Assembly (NCBI RefSeq): GCF_036365525.1
Contig: NC_090383.1
Span: 12,451,384 to 12,515,383 of the forward strand
Reading direction: 5' to 3'
DNA length: 64,000 nt
DNA from: Heterodontus francisci
Lineage: Eukaryota
A program made the position numbers and the translations under genes. Each line of letters begins with the position of its first letter. Position 1 is the stretch's first letter. The notes beneath the pieces are model-generated. The model did no database searches, was not told the origin of the DNA, and worked only from the letters and a program-made list of their open reading frames with translations. This document shows, piece by piece, positions 36,121 through 50,089 of this stretch.

Positions 36121-37719
36121 AGACCAGTAATCTGTCCTACCAAGCTCAGAAACCACATAGCTTACTAAGGCATGCACAAATGGAATGAGCTTCAATAGCT
36201 TATATGGTAAGCTTAGAGGAGAGTGGAAAGTTTGAATCCATGCTGATTTTTACCAGCCATTCTCCCTGCCCCGAGGTTATTGTATTGAGTTTGAATGAGA
36301 TCTAACAGAAATGACTGGATGCAGGGAGTCTATTCTGATGAGACTTAAACCTGTTCAATGTAATGTGGGAGATAGTAGCAGTATGCACATAAAAAAGCCT
36401 GACCCTTCACCCCAGTTCACATTTCACAGGCTCCTGAATATGGCCGTCTTGGTCACTGTTCACTGGTGTGCGAGAGATGTGAGGCAACAACTCCCAGGTG
36501 GCCAAGAATTTTGAATTGGGCTGAAAGGACTTGTTTTATGTGTACATGTTGATGTCATGTTCCAGGTTATCCAATGTTGCTTCTGCTCACTGGCAAGTAG
36601 TTGGATCGGGATGGAAAATCAAGAGCAGAATTAAGAGACGCATTCATGAATGAAAAGATAAGAGAACCACCACCACCGCACCCCCCCCACACACACACTT
36701 TAGTCTGCAAACTTAAGGGGAATAAATAGTATTTTAGATATATTTTTGTGCACAACCCACAACTCTTTTTTTTTAATGTGAATTATATTTGGTAGTATTT
36801 GTTTGAAGGACTGTTGTGAAGAAGGTGTTATTGGTGAAAAGCTGTAAGAGCTCTGAAATTGTGATTGTTAATTTGTATTTTTCAGGAAACTGAAAAACTG
36901 TTACTTCATGAGAAACTCAGTGCAGAAAGTGCCAAACAGGCCTTTTCTCTCAGAAAAAAACCAGCATGAGATCATTTGTGGAGCTAATAGAATACCAGGC
37001 TCTTCATCTAAGAAAAACTAACCAGCAAGTTATGATTTACTCAGGAAACTTTAAGTGTATCAGCAGTGACTGGGGTCTGGTGCCTTTGTCCACTAAACCT
37101 TCGGATACTCAGCGTTTATCCACAAAGTCCAAAGACAGTAACTAGCTAAAAGAAAGGTCTAAGTCAATTTAATTTGTGAGCCTTGCTTAGTGTATCATGA
37201 TGTTGTTAATCTAGTGATGCTTTTCACCTTTGAACTGACAGTTGGTTAGTTAGACATTGTAACATGTAATGTAGCATTAAGATAGCGAATGTATCAAATG
37301 TACTAAGTTTTGAACTATCCAATACAATGCACCTGGAGCCAGAACAAGGTTCCCTGTTTCGAACCAAGGCATGTCTCAGAGGAACATAAGAGGAGTGGGC
37401 CCTTCAGAACTTCAAACCTGTTCCGCCATTACATCAGATCACGGCCGATCTGTAACAACTCCAATTCCCCATTTTTGATCCATATTCCTTGATACACTTA
37501 CCTAACAAAAATCTATATTTCAGTCAAAAATTTCTAATCTCCATTCTCTGCCAAGTTTATTTAACCTGAATTCCATGTCCTTCCTAGTGTACATTTTGGC
37601 TGACGCACCAAACCTTAGCCCATTACTTCTATTTCTATTTTCGATCACTTGGCCTCTCAGGCTCTTCACTCCTATCTGCTCCCCTTCCTGTCACCCAGTC
37701 CACCTTTCACTTTGTCCTC

Positions 37720-38400
37720 TCAGATACTTTCCCTCTGCCAAACAGGCTGAAGCAGACTATTCACAAACTCGGCATCCTTTTCAATTCCAAGCTGACCTCC
37801 CAACCCAATATCCTCACCAACACCAAGACTGCCCACTGCCACCTCCATAACATCACCTGCTTCCTCCCCTACGTCAGCCCATGTATTGCTGAAATCTTCA
37901 TCCATCCTCTGGCACTTCCAGTCTCAACTATTCCAATACTTTCCTGGCTGACTCCTCTACCTTCTGTAAGCTTCAGCCTATCCAAACCTCTGCTGCCCAT
38001 ATCTTCTGCACCATGTCCTGTTCACCCATCATCCCTGTCTTCACTAATTTACATTGGCCCCAGCCCCCTATTTGGCTCAAATTTAAAATTCTGATCCTCA
38101 TGTTTAAATCCCTTCATGGCCTCACCCTTCCCTATCTCTGTAAACTCCCCCAGCCCTGCAGTCCACCCTCACACTTTCTATTGCTCTCTGGCCTCTTTTG
38201 TAATTGCCCCCATCATTTTCTGTGCCTTCAGTTACTTAGGCTCCATGTTCTGGAATTCCCCCCCTAAATCCTTCTGCTTCTTCATCTTTCTTCTCTTCCT
38301 TTTGGTCACCTTGCTATTATCTCCTTTTTTGGTTTAGCATCCATTTTCTAAAGCACATTGGGATGTTATTCTATATTAAAGGGACTATCTAATGCAAGCA
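37720..38400 (+). mobile_element. L2 3' fragment
   Basis: PIIPVFTNLHW...LKFKILILMFKSLHGLTLPYL; L2 tail. Confidence 0.8.
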
Positions 38401-38593
38401 TTTGATATTGATGATGATAGTACAAAGTACTTCGCAATGAACAGTTGAGTGATATATTTCTTAAGCATGTTTGGATGTAGTGCATGAACTGCATGTCCAT
38501 TAATCAGAACCCTTAGAAGCGTATTTCCCAATACCCTTCTACAACAAAAGGGAAACCTTCATGAAAAATGTCATAGAATACAATGAAGTGAAT

Positions 38594-41549
38594 TTTTATT
38601 TTTGTTCATTCATGGGATGTGGGCGTCACTGGCAAGGCCAGCATTTATTGCCCATCCCTAATTGCCCCTTGAGAAGGTGGTGGTGGTGAGCTGCCTTCGT
38701 GAACCGCTGAAGTCCATATGAGGTAGGTACACCCACAGTGCTGTTAGGAAGGGAGTTCCAGGATTTTGACCCAGCAACAGTGAAGGAATGGCAATATAGT
38801 TCCAATTCAGGATGGAGTGTGACTTGGAGGGGACCTTGCAGGTGATGCTGTTCCCATGCATTTGCTGCCCTTATCCTTCTAGTTGGCAGAGGTCGCATGT
38901 TTGGAAGGTGTTGTCTAAGGAGCCGTGGTGCGTTGCTGCAGTGCATCTTGTAGATGGTACACACTGCTGCGGCTGTGCGTCGGTGGTGGAGGGAGTGAAT
39001 GTTTGTAGATGGGGTGCCTTGTCCTGAATGGTCTTGAGCTTCTTGAGTGTTGTTGGAGCTGCACCCATCCAGGCAAGTGGAGAGTATTCCATCACACTCC
39101 TGACTTGTGCCTTGTAGATGGTGGACAGGCTTTGGGGAGTCAGGAGATGAGATACTCATCGCAGGATTCCTAGCCTCTGACATGCTCTTGTAGCCACAGT
39201 ATTTATATGGCTATTCCAGTTCAGTTTCTGGTCAATGGTAGCCCCTAAGATGTTGATAGTGGGGGATTCAGTAATGGTCATTGCCTGGCACTTGTGTGGC
39301 ACGAATGTTACTTGCCACTATCAGCCCAAGCCTGGATATTGTCCAGGTCTTGCTGCATTTCTACATGGACTGCTTCAGTATCTGAGGAGTCGCGAATGGT
39401 GCTGAACATTGTGCAATCATCAGCGAACATCCCCATTTCTGACCTTATGATTGAAGGAAGGTCATTGATGAAGCAGCTGAAGATGGTTGGGCCGAGGACA
39501 CAACCCTGAGGAACTCCTGCAGTGATGTCCTGGAGCTCAGATGATTGACCTCCAACAACCACAACCATCTTCCTTTGCATTAGGTATGACTCCAACCAGC
39601 AGAGAGTTTTCCCCGATTCCCATTGACTTCAGGTTTGCTAGGGATCCTTGACTCGGTCAAATGCCGCCTTGATGTCCAGGGCAGTCACTCTCACCTCACC
39701 CCTTGAGTTCAGCTCTTTTGTCCATGTTTGAACCAAGGCTGTAATGAGGTCAGGAGCTGAGTGGCTCTGGCGGAACCCAAACTGAGCTTCACTGAGCAGG
39801 TTATTGCTAAGCAAGTGCTGCTTGGTGGCACTGTTGATGACACCTTCCATCACTTTACTGGTGATTGAGAGTAGACTGATGGGGCGGTAATTGGCTGGCT
39901 TGGACTTGTCCTGCTTTTTGTGTACAGGACATACCTGGGCAATTTTCCACATTGCCAGGTAGATGCCAGTAGCTGTACTGGAACAGCTTGGCTAGGGGTG
40001 CGACAAATTCTGGAGCACAGATCTTCAGTACTATTGCTGGAATGTTATCAGGGCCATAGCTTTTGCAGTATCCAGTGCCGTCAGTCGTTTCTTGATATCA
40101 TGCGGAGTGAATCGAATTGGCTGAAATCTGGCATCTGTGATGCTGGGGACTTCAGGAGGAGGCAGAGATGGATCATCAACTCGGCACTTCTGGCTGAAGA
40201 TTATTGCAAATGCTTCAGCCTTATCTTTCGCACTGATGTGCTGGCCTCCCCCATCATTGAGGATGGGGATATTTGTGGAGCCACCTCCTCCAGTTAGTTG
40301 TTTTATTGTCCACCACCATTCACGGCTGGATGTGGCAGGACTGCAGAGCTTAGACCAGATCTGTCAGTTATGGGATCGCTTAGCTCTGTCTATCGCATGC
40401 TGCTTATGCAGTTTGGCAGGCAAGTAGTCCTCTGTTGTAGCTTCACCAGGTTGACACCTCATTTTGAGGTATGCCTGGGTGCTGCTCCTGGCATGCCCTC
40501 CTGCACTCTTCAATGAACCAGGGCTGGTCTCCTGGCTTGATGATAATGGTAGAGTGGGGGACATGCCAAGCCATGAGGTCACAGATTGTGGTTGAGTACA
40601 ATTCTGCTGCTGCTGATGGCCCACAGCACCTCATGGATGCCCAGTTTTGAATTGCTAGATCTGTTCGAAATCTATCCCGTTTAGCACGGTGATAGTGCCA
40701 TACAACACGATGGACAGTATCCTCAATGTGAAGGCGGGACTTCATCTCCACAAGGACTGTGCGGTGGTCACTCCTACCAATACTGACATGGACAGATGCA
40801 TCTGCGGCAGACAGATTGGTGAGGACGAGGTCAAGTATGTTTTTCCCTCTTGTTGGTTCCCTCACCACCTGCCGCATACCCAGTCCAGCAGCTATGTCCT
40901 TTAGGACTCGGCCAGCCCGGTCAGGAGTGGTGCTACGGAGCCACTCTTGGTGATGGACATTGAAGACCCGCACCCAGAGAACATTCTGCACCCTTGCCAC
41001 CCTCAGTGCTTCCTCCAAGTGGTGTTCAACATGGAGGAGTACTGACTCATCAGCTGAGGGAGGGCGGTAGGTGGTAATCAGCAGGAGGTTTCCTTGTCCA
41101 TGTTTGACCTGATGCTATGAGACTTCATGGGGTCCGGAGGACTGCCAGGGCAACTCCCTCCCTACTTTATACCACTGTGCCGCCACCTGTGCTGGGTCTG
41201 TCCTGCCGGTGGGACAGGACATACCCAGGGATAGTGATGGCAGTGTCTGGGACATTGTCTGTAAGGTATGATTCCGTGAGTATGACTATGTCAGGCTGTT
41301 GCTTGACTCGTCTGTGGGACAGCTCTCCCAACTTTGGCACAAGCCCCCAGATGTTAGTAAGGAGGCCTTTGCAGGGTCGACAGGGCTGGGTTTGCCATTG
41401 TCATTTCCAGTGTCTAGATCGATGCTGGGAGATCCGTCTAGTTTCATTCCTTTTTATTGACTTCATAGCGGTTGGAGACAACTGAGTGACTTGCTAGGCC
41501 ATTTCAGAGGGCATGTAAGAGTCAACCACATTGCTGTGGGTCTGGAGTT
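38594..41549 (-). mobile_element. Longest copy of APE-RT LINE family X (decayed)
   Basis: Endonuclease motifs (YRPP, FNVHH, LDLVLTN, SDH) and RT motifs (NYRPISLLS, QFGFR, LDIKAAFDRV, GVPQGCVLGP, FADD); frameshifts; degenerate flank repeat acaatgaagtgaatt / acattgaaataaatt. Confidence 0.92.
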
Positions 41550-42029
41550 TTACATTGAAATAAATTAGCACTTTGCTTGCAAGTGATATCATTAAGATGC
41601 AAATAGGATCTGTTGCCCTCCTCAAATGTGCAAATAAAAATTCTTAATTTTTTTTATTGCTAGATACAGAAATGATAGAATATTGTATCCTACTTTTCCC
41701 AAAGATGTGGGTGCCTTCCTGACGTCAGCATCTTTTTCTAAGCACTGTCTACTTTGGAATGAAGCCTTTCCATCAAACAGGATGCATCTGCTGTCCCTGG
41801 ATTCTTTTGCCTATTGTGTCTTCTCAATCAGTGAGAAAGCATCTTTTAAAACAACCTTTGTGTAAATAAAACGGTCTCATTCTAGGATAAATGTGGCTGA
41901 AATTCCATAATTGGAAATAAACTGCACTTATGTTAAAGATGATAAAAGCTCATCAATCTGAAATGTTGGCTCTGATACTAACCTGCCTTTGATGAGAAGG
42001 AAAGGGTCAGGAGGAGGTTAACACCTTAA

Positions 42030-42682
42030 ATATGGGTACCATGTCCCAAATACAACGCACACGCAACTGCTACTTTTTTTACGACAGTGGCTATCGGGGC
42101 ATTCAAATGTCCTGCCGTGGAGAGCCAGAACACTTCATTAACATATCTACATCAGGCTCCCAAAGTACAATTGAGAATTCGGTTAAAACGTTCCTGTTGC
42201 TGCTCCGGTTTCGCAGGAGTCAGGAAACCCAGCAGTGAACGAGAGGCGGGAGCTGCTGGCACCCCAAGGTAAGTGCCTTCTCCAGCACTCCTTGTGGGCT
42301 AGGAGGAGGAGGACTGCTTCCCCAGCCCCTCAGAGAAGCCTTCGGCCTGCCACCTGCCAATGGCAGGCTCTCTCACCAACCCTCTGCTGCATTTACCGTT
42401 CTCCTATCCTCCCAGACCTGATGGCTTCTCTCTCTCTTTCTCTCTCTCTCTGTCCCCAACCTGATTGACAGAGTCTGTCCCCAAAGATCAACGGCTGCAG
42501 CCTCCCGCTGCTGGTTTTCTATACTTACTGCTGGCCAGGCTGTCAATTTGTCTGGCTGTCGCACAGGAAACAGAACAAAAAATGGTAGATAACATGTCCC
42601 TAGGCTTGCTCGTCTCTTGGCAATTTTTGGCCTCTCTCATGTGCCCTACACCCCCACCCTGCCTCTCTGTAAATATAGGGGC
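42030..42682. mobile_element. Probable truncated MITE within a Penelope-type remnant
   Basis: GC-richer block ending gtaaatataggggc; flanked by halves of the Penelope short repeat (41938-41975 and 42684-42790). Confidence 0.4.
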
Positions 42683-44419
42683 TGTAACTCTATTTCTCCC
42701 TCAACAGATGCTGCCTGACCTCCTGAGTGTTGTCCAGCATTTTGTTTTTATTTCATATTTCCAGCATCCACAGTACTTTGCTTTTGTTTTGTTTTTTAAA
42801 AGTTAATCAAAGGAACATTCAAAGAATAATTCCAATTCTTCCTTTAACAACACTTATGACACGAGCATGAACACTGTGATTAATAACAATTTGTTAGCAA
42901 AATCTCTGCATTGGCTTCTAATTGAAATATTTAATTTTTCTATGAGAAATTGAGCAGAAAGGACACAAAGTCCTGAGAAAAAAAAACTTTGCTGAATCCC
43001 ACCCCCAATCCACAACCACCACCGACCCCCCACAACAACCCCCAATCCTGCCCCAATCCCCACCGCCCAGTGTCTACTGATTTGGGTTTCTTTTGTTGGT
43101 GGGGCCATTCGGCAAGGATTTTCTTTTTCAGTTTATCACAAAATTATCTGATCGGAACTTGTGCACTGTCAATAAACAAAATATCTGAGTGCAGGGTCAA
43201 CAAAAGGTTCAAAAACCTCTTCCTCGAAGCAAAACTAGGAGAGTGTCACCACTAAAGTGATAATGTACAGCAACCATATTTCTTCTAATATGAGGATCAG
43301 CACCTAAAGTAATCACTCACTGCTGGCACCAGAATTCAGCAACTGTCCCGGTGCTGCCATGGGGTCCTCCAAACAAGCAACAAATTGTGCATGGCATGTC
43401 TGATGGTACCATTGGAAAAGGTAGAGATTTGACACTTTCAAGGATATCCCTCAGGCCAGCACAGTATGCTTTTCTCCATTAAGAAGGGATAAAACAGCCA
43501 CAAACATCAAAACCACAACAGGTCCATTTGTTTATGAAGGAATTTACCCTCTAACCCCTAGTTCCGAGTAAACATATTAACCTAAGATTACGGCTGTTTT
43601 TAAATTGCATCTCAATATCAGCTAAATATAGGATAGTGCACTGCAGCATGTTATGATGTTGTAACACCCCAGCATTGAGATACTATAAGAAACCTTATGA
43701 GCAAAACAAGTCTCAGGCAATTAGCATATCGCAAGGTCCCAGAAATAGCATGTGAGATAAATGATTGGTTAATCTGTTTTTGTGGTGCTGGTCAAAGGAG
43801 AAATGCTGGCCAGGACATTAGGAGAACTCCCTGGCGTAGATATTGAGTTTGTACAATAGTGTAAAATGGGTTTTAGTGAATTGACACTCCCGTTTTACAT
43901 CTCTCTCGATGTTTACTTCCATTATCTTCAAAGATAAAGTCTAAATCCTTGGCTTTCTTCCAATAGGGCCATGCAAAGTCCAATGGTAATATACGTAATA
44001 AAAAGGAACATTTTGATTATAGGTGGAAACATGTTATAACCTTGTTTGGATCATTGGTAAGGTCATGTCGGGGTACTTTTTCTAAAGCTAAAGTATTCAA
44101 AATATGGCCTGTGAGTCAAATCCAGCTGTACGCTCTTTTTAACCAGTGCTCGCTTCTTCTTACACACACAAAAAATGGGCAGAAATTGGTACTTGTCACA
44201 CCGATTTTTTTGGATATGAAAATGTGGCTAAGCAAATGCATAACGGAAAGCAATCAGCTACGGTAGATCTGTGGGAATGCAGAAATATGCAAAGGTTTGG
44301 TTGAGAATTAAAGAAATGGAGTCAAGTCCGTGATATGGTATGATGTGTAGCTTGTGGATGGCTTGATTGGCCTTCTCTCATTCCTCACTTTCATATCATT
44401 CTATGGAGTGAGTACACAC

Positions 44420-46520
44420 AACAGCAACAACAACAATTTGCATTTGTATAGTATCATTGTTGTTCTAGCTACTGTCCCAAAGGACTATAGGCATCTCTCC
44501 CTATGAGAGAGACAAATGGGATTGTATAGCTTGAGGGTCATCGCTCTGCAAACGTGGGCAAGGTGAGGAGGCAGGCCTCCATGAACTACTACAACCAGTA
44601 CAAGGATTGAACTTGCACTGTTGCTGTCTTTCTGCATCACGCTTTTGCCGTCTATAGTTGTGGAGCTGGACAAGATTACAGAGATAGGGATGGGCGGGAC
44701 CGTGCAGGGATATGAAAACAAGGATGCGAATTTTAAAATCAAGGTGTTGCTTGATCTGGAGCCAATGTAGATCAGCGAACATGGAGTAATGGGTGAATGG
44801 GTCATGCGAGTTAGGACACTAGGTAAGTTTTGGATGACCTCAGGTTTACGGAGGGTAGAATGTGGAAGGCTGGCCAGGAGTGCGATGGAGTCAAGTCAGG
44901 AGGTAACAAAAGCATGGATGAGGGTTTCAACAGATGAACGGAGGAAGGGGTGGTGTTCTACGATGTTACAGATCGGTGTTTTAGCGATGGCGTGGATATG
45001 TGCTCGGAAACTCATCTCTGGGTTAGATATGACACCAAGGTCGCAAACAAGCTGGTCTTCTCAGACAGTTGCCAGGGGGAGGGATAGAGTTGGTGGCTAG
45101 GGAACAGAGATTGTGGTTAGGACTGGAGACAATGGCTTTGGTCTTTCCAATATTTATTCAAATATTTTGTTCAATTGCTGGATGTCAGACAAGCAGCCTG
45201 ACAATTTGGAGAGAGTGCAGGGATCTAGAGAGGTAATGGTGAGGTAAAGCTGGGTGTCATCAGTGCACTGTTGAAACTGATACTGTCTTTTTGGATGAAC
45301 TTGCCATGGGGGACCATGTAGATGAGAAGTAAGAAGGGCCAAGGATACAGTGTTGGGGGACTCCAGAGGTAACTGTGCAGAAGCAGGAGGACAAGCCATT
45401 GCACGTGATTCTCTGGGTATGACTGGATGGCTAACATTGGAACTAGGTGTGCGCAGTCCAACCCAGCTGGACGACGGTGGTGAAGAAAGGTTGGAAGAGG
45501 ATGATGTGGTCAACCGCGACAAAAATTGCAGACAGGTCAGAAGGATGAGGAGGTATAGGTTACCATGGTCAAAGTCACATAGGATGTCATTTCAGTACTG
45601 TGGGAGAGGCAGAAACCTGATTGGAGAGATTCAAACATGGAGTTCCGGGTAAAATGGGCACAACTTTGGGAGGCAATATCACATTCAAGGAAACTTCTCC
45701 ACTGCAAGGCATATTCTTAAACACCTCTCCCCATCCTCCTCAACCTCACCTCCAATAAATACGAGAAGCTCATTGATTTGCCACCAAGATTGGGACCATT
45801 GATCGGCTACCTCTGCCACTTCCCTCCCTTACCCTAGCCCACCAAACCTCTTTTAAGGCTCACCCCTGCCCTAGTCCTGAACTTGTATCTTTCTCTAGTT
45901 TCCCTTCTATCTCCCTTCGTGCCGTCTCTGAGCTCATCTTGCCCATGAGACCACCTCCTGTTCTCTTGACCCGATTTGCACTAAACTATTGACCACCCAA
46001 CTGCCCTTCCTGGCTCACATGTTATCTGACATTGTTAACGGTTCTCTCTCCTTGGGTTCAAATCTGTCATCATTGCCCCCTCCTCAAAAAATCAACCCTT
46101 GAGCCCTCTGTGAAGTGATCAGAGATGTCCTTATCTATGATTGACATGATGGGAGCAGTGAGGCCACATGAGATGGCAAGGTTAAAGAAGAGACTGAATA
46201 TGGGTTAGGGTATTTATATGCAGGGAGAGATTAAAGGAGGATAGTAGGGCAGTGAACTCAGAGGACAGGGAGCCTGATGAATTGAGATGGAGGTTGAAAT
46301 TGCTGAGAATGAGAAGTCACAGAGGCTGAGAGAGGAAAGCAGTGAAGATATCTCAGTGAGAAAGTTTTTATGGTACTTTGGTGAACGATAGAGAATGACT
46401 ATTTTAAATGAGAGCAAGAGGTGTGGAACAAAGTAAGCTACTCAAAGGAGGGGAAAGTGCCAGAGGAGTAGGGGTAGACCAAGGAACGATTTGGTGATAA
46501 GGACCATCCCTTCGCTGCAA
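44420..46520 (-). mobile_element. L2 LINE with internal inverted block (about 45695-46110) and nested SINE (about 44465-44655)
   Basis: ILYRSPKYHKNFLTE (EN), CTDDTQLYL, LHWLQIKQHLDFKI on minus; PLLKK.TL.PS region on plus. Confidence 0.8.
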
Positions 46521-46539
46521 AGTCTGGAAAGGGTAAGTC

Positions 46540-47820
46540 TTATGATTGAGAGTAGACTGATGGGGCAGTAATTGGCCAGATGGATTTATTCTGCTTTTTG
46601 TGGACAAGACATACCTGGGCAATTTTCCACATAGTCAGGTAGATGCCAGTGTTGTAGCTGTACTGGAACAGCTTGGCTGGGGTGCAGCTAGTTCTGGAGT
46701 ACATGCCTTCAGTACTACAGCCGGGATGTTGTCAGCGCCCATAGCCTTTACTGTATCCAGTGCCTTCAGCTGTTTCTCGATATCTCATGGAGTCAATTGA
46801 ATTGGCTGAAGACTGGCATCTGTGATGGTGGGGACTTCAGGAGGAGGCCAAGTTGGATTGTCCACTCAGCACTTCTGGCTGAATATAGTTGCAAATGCCT
46901 TGTCCTTTTCACGGACGTGGTGGGCTCCCCTGTTATTGAGATGGGGATGTTTGTGGAGCCTCCTCCTCTGATTATTTGTTTAATTGTCCACCACCCCATT
47001 CTCACAGGACTGCAGTGCTTTATCTGATCCGTTGGCTGTGGGATTGCTTTGCTCTATCGCATGCTGCTTACGCTGTTTAGCATGCATGTACTCCTGGATT
47101 GTAGCTTCACCAGGTTGACACCTCATTTTTGTATGCCTGGTGCTGCTCCTGGCATGTTCTCCTGCTCCCCTCATTGAGCCAGGGTTGATATCCTGGCTTG
47201 ATGGTAATGGTAGGGTGAAGGATATGCTGGGCCATGAGATTACAGATTGTGCTTGAAGACAATTCTGCTACTGCTGATCCCACAGCACCTCATGGATGCC
47301 CAATTTTGAGCTGCTAGATCTGAATCTTTTAACATGGTGGTAGTGCTACATAAAATAATGGAGGGCATCATCAAAGTGAAGACGGGACTTGGGCTCCACA
47401 GGGACTGTGCAGTGGTCACTCCTACCAGTACTGTCGTGAACAGATGCATCTGCAACTGGTAAATTGATGAGGACGAGGTCAAGGTTTTTCCCTATTGTTG
47501 GTTGTCTCACCACCTGCTGCAGGCCCATTCTGGCAAATATGTCCTTCAGGACTTGGCCAGCAAGGTCAGTAGTGGTGCTACTGAGCCACGCTTGGTGATG
47601 GACATTGAAGTCCCCCACCTAGAGTACATTCTGTGTCCTTCCCACCCTCAGTGCTTCTTCCAAGTGGTGTTCAATTTGGAGGAGTACTAATTTATCAGCT
47701 GAGGGAGGGCGGTAGGTGGTGATCAGCAGGAGGTTTCCTTGCCCATGTTCGACCTGATGCCAAGAGACATCATGGGGTCCGGAGTCAATGTTGAAGACTA
47801 TATACCACTGTTCTGCCACC
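46540..47820 (-). mobile_element. LINE family X internal fragment (endonuclease region)
   Basis: TTYRPPSA, GDFNVHHQAW, LDLVLINLP, GRSDH. Confidence 0.88.
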
Positions 47821-48699
47821 ATTTACTTTGTTTCATTTAAGTAATTATACGAATGTGGCCCACTGAAATAGGTTTCAAAATGAGATCAATGATTATATGA
47901 GTCTCCCCTGTTGAAAGACTGCTCTGCAGCATCTTGGAATCTCTCATTTTGAAAAGATTTTCAATGCTAATGGTATTAGTGTAGGGCAGAGGAATTCCCC
48001 TGAAGCATGGTTGTCAGGTAGCACTAACTGTCATAAATTTCAATTTAGTAAAGCAAACTGAAATCTATTACTCTCTTTCTCAAACTATGCAACCTCTGAG
48101 CTTTCCTGGAAACAGAAGGCAATGGCCACATCCCCACAGCTGATGACAGTCTGATAACTGACACCACCATACTGAATTCCAAAGGTCAGCAAAACATTCA
48201 TAGCTTTACACAAGCCATTTAAAGAAGTTATGTTGTTACATAATAATGATATAGCACTTTTCAACACCACCAATGCCAACACTGCAATGCTCACTATATG
48301 TGTGAAAGGCTTAAGAGAGTTAATTCACCTGAATTGACCAATTCATCAAGCTTTTGGTCATCTGTCCTAAAATGTCTTTATGTGACTTGGTGTCAAATTT
48401 TGTTTGATTATGTTCCCGGGAAGCAGTTTTACTATGTTAAAGGCACTGGATAAATACAAGTTATTGTTGCATGTTGTAAAGGGCAATCAATACCAGTACA
48501 TTTATAGTTTTCATAGAAAAGAATTGAAATTGTGCAGCATAAGTCACTAAAATCCTGAAATTCAATACAAAAAGGGGACATGGAGCTGGAGGAGGATGCA
48601 GATGAAGTGAGGTGAAGCCATTAAATAATTTCAAGATCTTATTTTCTTGCGTGGCCTCCCCTTCACTTTTAAATTTATAGAGGGGAAACGTTTATTAAA

Positions 48700-49790
48700 T
48701 GATAAAGTGCATTTCACCACCTCAGGATGTTCTGAAGCACTTTATAATCAATTAAGTATTTCTGAAGTGTAGTTAACATTGTAATCTAGGAAATGCAGCA
48801 ACCAATTTGCACACAGCATGGTCCCACAAATAGCAATGAGATAATGACCAGTTTATCCTTGGCTACGTCCTATTTCTCATCTACGTGCTGCCCCTCAGTG
48901 ACATCATTCAAAAACACATCATCAGTTTTCACCTGCACTGGCAACACTCAGCCCCACCTCTCTCTAAATTGCCAGATTGCTCCAGTACTGGAAGCAGGAT
49001 TTTCCACCAATTAAATAGTGGGAAGACTAAAAAAAACCAACCCTAGCTACTGACTCCACCCCTCTCCCTGGCAACTGTCTGAGAATTAACCAGACTGTTC
49101 GCAGCTTGTGGTCATATTTGACCCTGAAATTGAGCTTCCTACCATATAGGCATACCATCACTAAGTCCATCTACTTCCACCTTCGTACTATCACCCAACT
49201 CCACCCTTGTCTCAGTCATCTGCTGCTGAAACCCCCATCTCAACTTGACTAGTCCAATGCACTCCAGACCGACCTCCCACGTTCTGCTTTTCATAAACTT
49301 GACCTCATCCAAAACACTGCAGCCCATGTTCTAACACACCAAGTTCCATTGATCCATCACCCCTGTGCTTTCTGCCCTACATTGGCTCCTGTTGAAGCAA
49401 CGTCTCAATTTTAAAATTCTCACCCTTGTTTTCATCTCCCTCCATGGCCTCACCCCTCCCTATCTCTGTAATGTCCTCCAACGTCACAACCCTCCTAGAT
49501 ATCTGCACTGCTCCAATTCTGGCTTCTTGCACATCCCTGATTTTAAATTGCTTGCCATTGAGTCACGTCTTAAGCATTCAGCTCTAAAATTCCTTCCCTA
49601 AACTAATTCGCCTCTATTTCTTCCTTTTAGACGCTCCTTAAAACCAACTTCTTTGACCAAGCTTTTGCTCACTTGCCCTAATGTAGCTCATGTAATATAA
49701 TCCCTAAGTGTCAAAATTTGTTTGAAAACGCTGGTGTGAAGCTACTTGGGACACTTTACTACGTTAAAGGCACTTTATAAATGTAAGGTG
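48700..49790. mobile_element. Deu-SINE remnant (minus, about 48700-48852) followed by L2 3' fragment (plus)
   Basis: gcagcaaccaatttgcacacagc...cccacaaatagcaat; LSALHWLLLKQRLNFKILTLVF; L2 tail. Confidence 0.8.
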
Positions 49791-50089
49791 ATATCACGGG
49801 GTGATTATGAGCAAAAATGTGCCAAAATATCCTAAATAAGATGCATTTAATTGTCGCAGTTGAATCAAGGAGTGGCATTCGTTGCCGACTAGACTGCAGC
49901 GGAAAGCTGCATATTCTCTGCATCACAATGACTCACTCTTCCGTAGGCTTATGACTCTCAGTGAGATAGAGCAAAGTTGTTGTGCATACTTGAAATTAAA
50001 TAAAATACTGGCAAGACTGAGCATTTTGCTTTCACAATAAGGAAAGAGCGGGTTGTAAGTCACAAGCAATAACCCTTCCTGTTGCTGCT

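Noticed and set aside
41693-41846. Possible additional minus-strand exon of the divergent gene
   Set aside because: Weak splice sites, an in-frame TAG and a phase mismatch with the next candidate exon.
48093-48170. Possible ATG-containing minus exon (MVVSVIRL...) in phase with the 32.7 kb exon
   Set aside because: Donor gag|gttgca is poor; phase agreement alone is a 1-in-3 chance.
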